NCBI RefSeq assembly: GCF_037042905.1
Contig: NC_087246.1
Location: forward strand, 5,644,001-5,708,000
From: Lytechinus pictus
Taxonomy: Eukaryota
DNA length: 64,000 nt
Direction: 5' to 3'
Below the pieces are notes generated by a model. The model was not told the DNA's origin, ran no database searches, and was given only the letters and a program-made list of their open reading frames with translations. Within the stretch, counting starts at the first letter, position 1, and the number at the start of each line of letters is the position of its first letter. Made by a program: the position numbers and the translations under genes. Shown here piece by piece: positions 26,224 to 39,400 of the stretch.

Positions 26224-27695
26224 CACTGGCGTAAATCCCGGGGGGATGGGGGGATATATCCCCCCCACTTTTCGAGGAGGGGGGGATGGCCTGTACAAAC
26301 ATCCCCCCCCCCACTTTTTACGAAAGAAATGAAAAAAAATCACAAGAGATAATTGTTTTATTGGTGAAAATTCTTCCTAAAATACCGCTTAACAAATAAA
26401 ACAATATTATTGAATCATAAAATGCAAATAAAGAGCCATTTCACCATTTCCAAAACGAAATACTTATGTCCTTATTATAACATTGAAGAGAAATCCCTGT
26501 TTCTTCCAATTCATCAATGTGGGGGTCTTTGGGAAGGGATTAAGATGGAATGTCAAAAAATTTTGAATGTAATCTCTAATAAAACCATTAAACCATCATG
26601 GGGTAAAAAAAGATAATAATATTGGAGGGGTATTTGCCATATGGACATACAGTGGCGTAACTACGGGGGGCATGGGGGGCACATCCCCCCCATCGGCTGA
26701 CAAAAAACGGGGAAAGGGGGAAAAGGAGAAAAAAGGGAGAAAGGAAGAGAAACGTAGTGGGAAAGAAGAAAATATTATTCATTATAATGTTATATTATAT
26801 TATAATTATGTAATGTTACATTACAACTTTATGAAACATAATTTGCCCAGGGCCTGCGTCTTTTTTTATTGTTCCTGGTGCTCGCATAGTCTGTTTAACG
26901 AGATATATAATCCTGTTGTACTAAAACATCCCGTTTTCAAGTCAATATAAACCAAATATATTTCCTAGCACTTGAGTTATCATTGTTTTATGTAGTGACA
27001 TATGCTTCTTTTTCATGACTCAAAAGTGATTGCCCCATGTTAAGGTCTTCGTATATATGAAACATATCCTATCCGTGATTACGTTCGCATTAGTGGATTG
27101 GTGAGATATGTCTGCTCTTCATGAATTCCTAAAATCAGTCCTTAATATGTCCCTTCTTCTGATCTGAATATCAAAAATTTTCAGCTCGCGCTTCGCGCTC
27201 GCATCATTTGGTTAATGAAATACGTATGGTCCTAGTTAATTCCTACAAAGAAACCTTAGAATACCCCACTTCAGGTCTGAATTATCTAAGTTTTCAGCTC
27301 GCGCTCACATTGTTTAGCGAGACAGGTACCTATCATGATTACACAAATTTGATTTTATTGTCCTTTTTTAGGTGTGAATATAAAAAATTTCAGCTCGCGC
27401 TTCGCGCTCGCATTATTTGATCAGTGAGATACATATCCGTTTAATGACATTGTCCTTAAAATGTCTCTATTAGGTCAGTATAACTGGCAACTTAGTGCGC
27501 TTCGCGCGCTCACTAGCGCACTCACTTAGTGATTCAAAAAAATTGCTGGTGCCCCCCTCCCCAATGCCGTGACCCACGGTACGCCACTGTGGACATATCA
27601 ATGACAATTCCTTGCATATCTAAAAACATGATTGCAAAAAAATGCCAAAATATTTCAGTCATCCCCCCACCCATCAACACGGATTTACGCCAGTG
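26224..27695. mobile_element. Second copy of the composite hAT element (family B outer plus family C inner)
   Basis: Same TIRs as 8590-11731; TSD AACATGGA (26216-26223, 27696-27703). Inner element at 26650-27589 has TSD TGGACATA. Confidence 0.93.
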
Positions 27696-29509
27696 AACAT
27701 GGATAATGCATATGGGGGGGGGGGGGGCTTGAGGTTACTCATTGCAGACTGAATGTTCCGTTTATAATAACTTGCTTTTAAAGGGTTTGCGTGTGATATA
27801 ATTATTACTTGTATTCGTTCAATACAACAATATACATCTACAATATCATTTTTTTGTAACTTTAAAAAGTACACAAATAAGATGGACATAACATAATTCA
27901 ACAATCCCCTTTCCATTTTAACAAGTTATTCTACTATACATGTATACACATGAGACAATTAACATTGGAAATATTCGAAAATCAAAAGACTTGATAAGAA
28001 TACGGCTTCTAACATAGGCCTATAGTATTCTACAATGTGTTTCGAATTAAATTATACTAAAACAGAAGGCTTGATAAAAAAACGGCTTCTATTATAGTAT
28101 TCTGCATTGTGTTTTGAATTGAATTATAGTACTTAAAGGATACAGGATCAAGTAATTTAGTACACGTAATTTCACTGAAAACTATTTTTCTGGCAAAATA
28201 AACATTTGAAATACATACATAAATGAAATAAAAATGCGTGAGTGTAAACAAAAATATAAATGGCACCTGTTTAGCAAGTGTTTAACAGCTTTAGCTATAA
28301 GCTTAGGGCATAACTAGAAATCAAGAAGGGTACAGAAATCATTTTTAGTGAAGCATAACAAAGTGGTTATCAAAATTTGTAACTTTTTCGAAACCCAAAC
28401 AAAATTGACGAGCAAAAAGTCGATTACTCTTATAAATATAATATGTCCAAGTTTATTGAACTTGATCCATACTTTAAAAGTTATGACATTTCCAAAATTT
28501 AACATTGGTTAAGATTTCAATGTTGATAAACAAAACATGGTAAGCTCACTGACCATAAATGACCTTTGACCTTGTCATGTGACCTGAAACTTACGCAAGA
28601 TGATCAGTGAAACCTCATTTACCCTCAATGTTAATTTTCATGTACTAGATCGATATACTTTTAACCTGGGTTAAGATTTCAATGTTGACGACGCTGCCGC
28701 CGTCGGAAAAGCGGCGCCTGTAGGCTCGCTGCGCTGTGCAGGCGAGACATACAACGCTTCAGTCACGCATATTCTCGAATGACCGAGCGACCGTTGACAT
28801 GTACAGATTGCCGTAGAAGTTAACTATCAGTCGAAGTTAGCTTCTTATCAGTGTAAACCAATACCCGCAAAATGTAATGAACGATAAAATAAATTGATAT
28901 GAAAGTACGTGTTCAAATACTAATCAGCTAGTATATGGTGGTTGGGTGAAGTGGGACAGCCCGCTAAATTCTCACGGCTCTCAATAGCATTGCAATTAAA
29001 TAGCCAAAGAAAAATGTCACAATGATAATGAGAAATTTTCTGATAACGACATGCACATTGATATTGGCAACACGAGGAATTACTCATTGTAGACTCAAAT
29101 ACCTGTTCATAATTACCAGTATTCTTAACTCGGACTTAATTGAAACTCTGGTCTAAGGTTACGGTTTAACAATGGATTGTCAATTGTGACACAAATGTTT
29201 AACTGTACCAGGTTGTACAGGTTTGGTTTACCAGTTTATCTGTTACATGGATCATTGATAATTGTCATTCATTGCATTCATTTTCTTCGCCATTGTAGCC
29301 TGTTGATCACAATACAGTGAATAAACATACAATGTTAACAAGCTTCCCATAATTTTATTACAGAATTCGGCAATGGCCTGAGTTAAACCGGACTTTAGAT
29401 TACGAGCCAATATATTCAAATTATAATTTCGGTTGCTTTATTTGCTAGTTGCTTAGTATTTTCATTCAGGCTTATTGTATTCGTTAAATAAAACAAAATA
29501 CATAGTATA

Positions 29510-29540
<31 letters not shown>

Positions 29541-30412
29541 ATAACCAAAATGAAGATCGACATAACACAATTCTCCAATAATCCCTTTTCGTTTAAACAA
29601 GGCAATCTCCTTTACGTGTTTGCCTAACTAAATTCAGAACAAGTTCTGTAGGGAGAGCTCATTTTGTTATGCTGCCCCTAAACTTTGGAATTACGCGGTT
29701 TTATGATTGAGACGGTCTACATAATATCTTTAATCCTCCATTTTTTATATTTTCCTATTAAGCGCATAGAGACGCCCAAGGGCAGTGATATGCGCTATAC
29801 AAGCAGCGTCGTATTATTATCATTTCAAACCCATAAGGAATAATAAAGAAAACACCCCCTAAAATACGTAATGTTCATTGATTATCAAAATGAATAATAT
29901 TGACAGAACACTCTCGGACAGAACCAGGAAACAAAAAAATCACAAGCCCCCCCCCCCCCCAAAAAAAAATGGAGTCTTCCATGTTTTTTCATCACTTCAT
30001 CTTCATCCTCAATTCACAAGAAGGGACACAAGAGCACAATAGTACTATTTGTGTATCAGAAATGAACTATATCTCAATAAATAACAAATATTATTATTGG
30101 GAGTCGTTTTTTTCATGAAGTATCTACCTACATGTACTTCGATGATTGATTGGTCGACGGGAGAATCTTACCGGTGCATGGCCATATGACGTGCTGCTTG
30201 TACATTAAACATGCCCATTTTCGTATCTGATTTAGTTACGGTAGCTTTAAAAGTGCAGTTGTAAATCATGACTTAAGAAATGCGTGAAAAAGATATCTAG
30301 ATTGATGAAAACGCTTGCAATTTGTGTATTCCTATGGTACTAATACTTCTGACTCCACTCAATAAATTTGAGTATCTAAAATACCATTTAAACATCTATT
30401 TATCCGTGACTT

Positions 30413-33400
30413 TTACCACAAGTCTATTTCATCGATGAATTCTTGAGGCACTCTCACCAGACCGATGTCGTCCGTCGTCCATATCTCTTTCGGAAGGATC
30501 TCTGTATATGGTACGAGCTCATTCTCTTCTATTAGATGAACCTTGAGACAAAAAGTAACAGTGACAATTGGATCTTTAAGAACTAAAACGTTTAAAGAGT
30601 CACAAAACTGCATAGGTAGGAAGGTGAAACTATTGACTGCAGGCATGGCAGGGGAAATGCACTTTTAATAGCCATAAATCATACATGTATAGTTTTTATA
30701 CTGTATACCGTAAAGCTTGCTCTGTGATTCGGGGACTAACTGCTTTGTAAGGAAGGGGGTTGTGCTTTTGAAAGTCAATAAAAAGGACATACAATGCCAG
30801 CGGGTGCAAAAATATACCTTATCATTCCTTACAATATATGTCCATACACCCGGGCCTTACACATTAAGCAAATGAATCTAAATCAAGTTTTAACGAATTT
30901 AATATAACTTGAAATGGACAAAACACTATTTGATCTCAATACATACCTTGTGGTATAACTTCATATCTGGAATACACCTTTTCTGATAAGCCGACTGTGT
31001 AGTAACATCTTCTTTTGTACAAGACCCACTGAGAACAGACCTCCTTCTCTTGTCTGCATTCAATCCTATTGGTTCATCTTTCCTATCACAACATACCGGC
31101 GTTTCCTTGGAGATATCATGTGGTTTATGCTGAGTTGGAGTTGGAGTTGGTCCTTGGACCACAGCTTTTCCTTTGAAATGTGACCAATTAGCTGCATCCA
31201 TGATGATACTGTCAATATGACTTAGCTGCTTGTTATGCGAATACTCAAAATCAAACGTATTCTCAGGTAAGGTGGATGAAACTGTCCGTGCTTTCTGTAA
31301 GGGAGCACCCACATGGCCAGACAGTCTCTGTCGAGTATTAGGTACATCCTTCCCTTCTTGCTGGAAAGTAAGTAAATATTTGGTGTTTTCCGACAGTGAG
31401 GCATTGTGTATTGATCCCAATCCGAACTGCAATTTTCCAGTAGGCTTATATCCCCCTGAAGGATCTTTGTTGAATTGAACCCCCGAGCTGGATCGCTGGG
31501 CACTGCTGTCAAGATTTTTCCAAAGAGGACGAAAATGTGCATTTGTTTGTTTTGAAGAAAGAACGTTGCTTATTTGTTCCGGTGAAGACTGAACATTCTT
31601 CTGATCGGCTATTACGCTACCGAACTGATCATCACTTGATACGGGACAGCCATAGCTAGATCCCAAACATTCCAAAGACTTGGAATTCGGAAAGGTATTC
31701 ATAATATTTTCATTGGCTTTAACCATTTCAGGAGCAACCTTTCCAATTGACGTAACTTGCTTTATTTTGTTTAAAGAGCAGTTTGACTTTGATACTATTG
31801 TGTCTGCGGCATCATGGACATCACCAACAGCCCCGGGTTCTACTGACACCTCATCCATGTCATCATCGCTGCTTGACATCAATTCAGCGCCGCAATCTCC
31901 TGAAGAGGAATGTTCAATTTCATCAGGTGTGTTATCCATATCAGAGTCTATAGTCACTCCTCTGGATGATAATGTTCTATCCTTTTGAGAAGATTCAACC
32001 AAGAATTTGTGTCGATCTTCAAAGATCTCCGCCTGTGCAGGTTTTAACAGATTTGCTGAGATGCCTTTTTCACCTAGTGAACTGTCCGTGTTTATGTTCT
32101 TCATTGCAGCTGATTTTCTTTCTTCGGTGTCTCCTGCACATGATGAAGGTAGTGTTTTCTTTGCATCTGATGATTGAAGTTCCACATTCCCTTTGTTTTG
32201 CAACATTGACATAAATTTGACGAGTAGATTGCCTTCAGAGTCGTCAAGAGATTCCACAAGTTGTTGAAGAAGGGTATTTTGCTTCTCCTCAGTGATAGTC
32301 TCTGTTTCAGTGCATGTTGCCGCTTTTTCGGTAGCCTACATGAATAAGATATCAACGGAAAAGTAAATAAAGTTAACACAAGCAAATACTGGCTCTATTA
32401 ATAGCGGGTCTTTTGAAGGGCAAAAAAAATCCCCCCCCCCCTTTCACATTTCAGATGCCAAGTTTGCAGACATGAAGAACACTTTTAAAGTGTGTCGCTA
32501 TGTAAAGTTTTTCGCCGTTTTTTTTTAAAGATTTATAACAGAATCGAGAAAACTCTGTATTCAATAAAATCGCAATGCTAAATAGAACTGTATTCCATGC
32601 AGGGGAAGGGGTGGTCAAAAATCTAAAGATTTTACTGAAACTGTCAATGGATAACAACCTGTACGTAATAAAACCTTCAAGAAATCGTGCCTTCTATTCC
32701 GTTCATAGACATTCCTCATTACATTTATTTTCTAATGATTACAAACGATTTTTTTGTGTTAGAAGTAAACAGTTTACGGTTTCAAAGTATAGTGATTTTA
32801 ATGTAAAATAGACCTTAATCCAACGTTTTATGTACAGTGTACAGTGAGCAACATAATCAGTCATACCTCTTAGAAAATTGCTGTTTTATATTTATCTGCA
32901 GAATGAAAGGTGGGCTAAGAATGAATGTATTTAGTAATAATGTAAGAAAAATCCAGTTTCTGGTTACACTTCATTTGTATAAAAATATGTAAGAAGTCTT
33001 GTCTAAATCTGGCAATGTTCAAAATTTTTCGAACTCATGTGAATTCTTGATCGGTATAAGTTGGGTCTTGGGATATATACTCTTGATACATTACCGGTAA
33101 TTGTGTGTCCGAGGCTTTTCGAGGTCTGTAAAGTTTTGACTTTAGGAGATGATATTTGCAATTAGCTAATGTAAGTTTTGCTTTATTTTTGCAGAAAAAA
33201 TGTTTTCAACCAAAAATCTAAGGAGTGTGAATGATTCTGTTCCTAATTGTACATACATGTACTTTAGCTGATCTTCAGTAGATGTAGACATGTTGAATCA
33301 AATAAACTATAGATTGAATAGTTCCGTCACCCGTAGAATAATAATAAAGATTTGAAAAGATAAACGGAACTCACATTTTCAGAAGAAGCCCCACTTCCAT

Positions 33401-36400
33401 CGCCAGACGTCATTCCAAGCGTTTCCTCGTTATCCCTCTTTAGTGCCAGTGTTTGCTTTGCCCGCTTTTTTCTGGTGCCCTTTAGTTCCTCAGAGTGTTT
33501 TCGGATGATATCTTGCAACCTGGAAGCGATTTGCCGGTGAACCTTTAGTCGTGTCAGTAAAGTCTGCTGGATATCTGTTACACTTTTAAGCTCCTGTTCG
33601 ATGTAGATCTTGCGCTTTTTCTGACTGTAAACGAACCGCAGGTCAAAGAGGGATCGTTCAAGATCATTCTTTGTTTTTTTCAAGTCATCAGCGATCCGCC
33701 GTAGTTTGCTTTGGAGTGTATCTAGTTGCTGACCCACCACACCTGCATCTGTAATCGAAATGACGAAATAACGAAGTTGATGAATTTTAAGGTTTAGCAA
33801 TATTTTGTGAAAACATTTATATGCACGTCGTCATGAATATCCATTAGGTGGGCTGATGATGTCACATCCCCTTATTCTTTTTTCTTATGTTATTATATGA
33901 AATCATAATTGTTTCATTTTTGTCATACATGAGTAAAGATGTGCCTCCATTAGGATGAAATAGGTTGGAGCAATAAATAATTAATGCACCTGATCACTTG
34001 TCAATCCAATTGTTTTAGTTGGTAGAATTTTTTTTAATAAACATATCATATAATAAAATACAAAAGAAGTGGGGACATGACATCACCAGTCCACCTAATG
34101 AATATTCATGAAGACATACCGAGAATTGTTTCACCGGAATAGTGCAAATCTTTAAAATTCAATAACTTTTTATATTTTTTTATTCGATTTTGATCAATTT
34201 TCAGCATTTTCCTTTGTGAATTTTACTCTATTTATCGAAATATGAATATTTTCAGCCTGGAGCATTCCATTGATTATGGGTAATTGACTTTAGAGGTACA
34301 CTGTAAAAAACGAAGTGCTAATTTAGCACTTAAAGTGCTTGTATAGTGACTGCACTACGAGTGCTGATTTTCTAGTTTAAATTTGAACTAAAAAATCAGC
34401 ACTCGTAGTGCATCACTATACAAGCACTGTAAGTGCTAAATTAGCACTTCATTTTTTACAGTGTAAGATCGTGGTTTTTTTTTCATCATTACTTTATTCA
34501 AATTCAAAGCAAACTATTATATATGGAACAAAACCTGGTTCATTGTCACATTCGCGTCAATAAAAATCATTGAAAAAATAAAATGCATGTATTTTCTTCG
34601 GTGATTATTATTTCCGATTGCACTGACGTGCCTGAAAATTAATTTGAAAACTGAAAGGAATTTTATATACATGAATGGTATTTATTACCCGGTGTGCTTA
34701 ATTTGTATTTCAAAAGGTTTTTCCAATCTAATGCCATGATGCACTGTGTCAACACAATTGAAAAATTTGCCTTGCAGTGTTGCATATCTTCAAGCCAAGA
34801 CTAATCTGTATACCAAAGCTCCCAGTGAATCAATGGAAACTTGAAATAGTTCGATCCGAAAGATTCGCAACGGACCAACCCACCCCCAAAATTGAAGTTA
34901 CAATGATTCTATTGAATCCGCATAACAAGTTTTCTAGTTGGGAGGGGGGAGGTACTGGTGAAAAAAAAAAAAATATATCTAACCTTTTATAACTTTTTCA
35001 GGCTTTGTTAGCGATTTATTAAGTTTGTCTTGGCTCCATTTTATTTCAGTCATTTTCCCTCGCAATTCAAGAACACGTCCGTGAATCTGCGATGAAAAAA
35101 GAGACATAACCAAATAGTTAAACAATGAAAATAAAGCACATACTATATAGAAAAAGAAAAATATGCCGGCCTAGGGTCCAATTATTGAAGGTGTTTACAC
35201 TAGCCATGTATACTGACAATCAGCAGTTTTCCTGTAAAAAAAAAAATCATGTATAAAATATGTGGAGTTTATTACTAGCAAAGAATGAAAAGTGCCAAAC
35301 TTCATAACCTGATTGAGTTTTGCTTGATTCATGGGGGTAAATGTTTACTTCAATATAATTCCCCCTTTAATGTTTCTTCACACAAAACAGGATATTTTCA
35401 TTCGGTCATGTTGGATCCAGGGGGGCACAGGGGGCACATGCCCCCCCCCCTTTGAGAAGCAAAATTAAAAATTTGTAATCTAAAAATGCCATGAAAACAT
35501 AAGTGTGCCCCCTCTTTTGAACTTGAAGACCTTTTTTTTTTTTGCTTGTCGAAATTTTTCGGGTACGAAATACTCATAATTTATGGTTGAAAACCTCTTT
35601 TTTTTTGGGGGGGGGTGCTTGTCAAATATTTTCGGGAACGAAATATCCTCCGAAAAATTTGTCCCCCCCCCCCTTTTGGAAAATCCTGGATCCCGCTCCT
35701 GTGTTGCGCTACCACTATTTGTTACAATGAAAACAAGCAAAAATATACCATTTAATTATGATTTTTTTTTTTAGCTCCCAACCATTCTGCAGCGACTGAA
35801 AAAACAAAATCTGGAAGGGTTATTACTGCCGCCTGTATTTTGACTAGAGAAGTCCGGAAGTGTAATATTCATGATTAAAATCGACCAATAGGTTATTATA
35901 AAAATAGCAAATATAGCATAATAAGAATTTTTTTAATTGGACTTACTATTGTGTCGCTACGATGAATTCCAGCATTCATTCGCTGACTCCTTTTCGTAAC
36001 CTCATTAAAATCATCAAGACTTGGAGCGTTCTCCGAAACTCTTCCTTTCTGGTTGATGGTTTTGGATGATCTCTTTCCGTCCTTCCCTCTCTTGCCACCT
36101 CTTCTCACTCTCAGCATGACTTCAGAATCTGAACTCCTTCCATTTGGAAAAAGGGCATCGGCAGTCCCTTCACTGTGTTTATCTTCCAAACATTTTTGAA
36201 TAGCTTGAGCTTCACCAGTCTCCACTGCATAAACCGTAGAAAACTTTTCCAGAGAAGAGTTTGGTACAGTCGCATCTTCCTTCCTCATATTTCCAACTTT
36301 ATTACACTTGAAGTCGTCTTTGTGAATAGGGTGATCACTACTTCTAGTGCTGCTTTTTGTAGGCGTGGATATGTGGGCAACAGAACCTGACTCTAGCTGT

Positions 36401-39400
36401 ACCTGACTAGAAAATTGAGCCAAAGAGATGTTTCCGCTTTGGCTTTCATTAAAAGATATACTAGTATCGTAAGACTCACAGGTTTCCTGGTGAATGCCTG
36501 TTTTGAATTTACACTCGACGGTTTGCTGATCTTCACTCCTGTCAATATCACTCCCAATAGGACAAGGGAACGGGAAATGAGCCAGCGGGGATTTCACTGG
36601 GCTTGAGTCTGAAAACATACAAGCACTTCCATCAACCTGGGTAACCTCTTCACTGGAATCATACGAATGGACTTGTTCTGATTTTCCTACGGGCTTTCTC
36701 ATTTTTTCGGGGCGTTCCAAATTACCCTGAAATTTTGTAAGGTCTGATACACTAGAGGATGTGTGATACGAACCTCCAGCACATAGGAAGGTGGTTTCAC
36801 AGCCAGTAAAGGAAGGGTGTACTGGGATATCATCCATGATTGCTATTCCACCTCCAGGATTCCTTTCTGAATATGATTCGCTCATCGGTCTGTGTATGTC
36901 ATGTAAGTTTTTTCCGATACCTTCAATGGACGGCGAGGCATGTGAATCACAACGGAGGACATTCAGATTTTGAGTAGCGAGATGAACTCGGAAATCTTGC
37001 GGAAAATTCGGAATGGTCGACAACGGGTCTTCATCTTCGACCTTGTCTTCTCTACCATTTGTTTGATATATTAGTACTTTGTCTGATCCTGGAGAACCAA
37101 CACACTTGACCAGACTTTCAGTTCGGGAGTCATCTGTCAGTGCTTGGACACTGGTGTGTTTGTGCCCCATCTCATTAAAAATGAGCCCTTTTAACCTGTT
37201 GAAGATAAAGGTACTTATCGTCACCTCAGGTTGTACCATTACAATTCTTGATCATACAATTTCGACAAGTAGTGTTATAGACAATAGACAAAATAACAAA
37301 TGAAATAATATAATAAAAAGCTATTATAAGCTAGAAAACACAATAAAGCAAGATTCGAAGTATTGTTACAGCTCATACGATTGTACTGGACATTTATCGT
37401 TTAAACTATCTTGATCTTAAATTGAAAGAAGCTGTTGATCGATATCACTTCCACGGTATAATACCGTGTGAGTAAAAAAAATAAATAGAAAAAAAAAATT
37501 GACACCTCACGAATCCCAATTTTAAGAAAAAATGTGTCATAAAATGCATAATCATTATATATGACTGAAAAGAGTATCTTCTCTCAAATAATTTGATACC
37601 ATATTTGCGTGTTATTTGTTAATGCTTGGCTGATCAGGAGGAATTCTTTGAAGTGATGTAAATTTTTATTTGCGCCAAAGTAAGGCATGACTGAATGAAT
37701 GAATTCAGTTGGCAATGGTGTCATAATCCCATACGAGTTGCATTAAAATCCATTACATAACACTTATTCAGCAATCTACATTATAATTGTTCAATAAACA
37801 CTTTTAGTGTTTTCATTGAAAAAGGATTTGAAAATACGTTTATTGACTCATGTACGATTATGAATTCATTGGCATCTGGTGTTAATCTATTGCATTCATG
37901 CCTTACTTTGGCGCAAATCTAAATCTATATCACTGCAAAGAATACCTCCTGATCATCCAAGCATTAACACATACCCCGTAAATATGGTATCAAATTATTT
38001 GGGAGAAGATATTATTTCCAGTCATATATGACACGTTTGTGACATACTTAATCTTAAATTAGGGATTTGTGAGGTGTCAATTTTTTTTTGTACTCACACG
38101 GTATATATATATTTTTTACCAATCATTCGGTTTTGATTAGAAACATTTTCTACATAATCAAAATGCATTGGTAATTAACTGCGAAAAATAGGCGACTGGA
38201 AAATAAAGGGCATAAGATATGATGTAGCATCGTATTTGAGCAGGAAGCGCTTCGTAAAACGGTGAAAAAAGGTATATATAAAAACACACAAGAACAAATT
38301 TGCAATTCAGAAAACAAAAGAAAATAGAATCACTTGGTTTTACGTGGAAACGCATATCCACTTTCATAACATGTCTGATAATTTTGCTTGGTGAAGACAA
38401 ACAAAAAATCAAAACTTCTGAATTTGAGGGTTACTAAAGCAATTTTACTCAACCAAAATAGTGTAATGCATTATGAACTAATTATATATTAGTTCCCTTT
38501 ATCATAATGGCTCCCGGTAAAATAGTACTGTAACATAGGAATCATCTAATCATGCTAATTGAAAACATGTTAAAAAATACTAAAAACAGAAACATTACCT
38601 ATTCGTTGGGTCTAAAATAGATTCAGAATCTTGTGAACTTTCTGAATCATCTGTAGTGGAGAGAAAGAACAGAACATATTTTGGGGTATGATTGGCGTAC
38701 TGATGGGGAGGGGGGCTTGAAAGCCAATTACCCCCCCCCCCCTCTAAAAAAAATCATGACCAAGAAAAAAAAGGGAAAGTGAAAAATACAGAAAGTGAAT
38801 TATTAAATCGATTTATAATTTATTCATTAAACGGTTTATTACAAGGGTATCTATAGGCGCCAAAAAGTCGAATTGCATAACGCTCACAAAATGTTACATA
38901 AAAAATACATGCAAAATCCAATCAAAAAGCTCAATTTACAAGAACTCTACATCCTAGAAACAAATGCAAAGATATGTTGTTTATCATGTTAGGGACGCAT
39001 GTGTTAAATTATGACAAGCATCTCCATCACTAGAAACCACAAAATTGAAAATACATGTCAAATTCTATCAAAAGAAAATTTGATTTGTTGTTTCGGTTCG
39101 CTCGCTCACATCTTCTTAAACTTTTGCTCCATTCGAGATGAAATATCAGGCCGCCTCATTCATTTTCTTATTATTTTTTTATATTTTTTTTTATGGGGGG
39201 GGGGGGGGTCATTACGGCATGTGGGAGAGGGTAAACATTACGTGTATACCCATTACCTTGTATTTGTTCGGAAGATTTTTGTTTAGTATACGTACTTCGA
39301 ACACAACAACACGAAACACATCGCCTTGGGTGCTAATAATATGAAACCTGCCTGTTAATTGCACAAGTCTTTCCTTTACAAGGTAATATCTTCCTTTACA

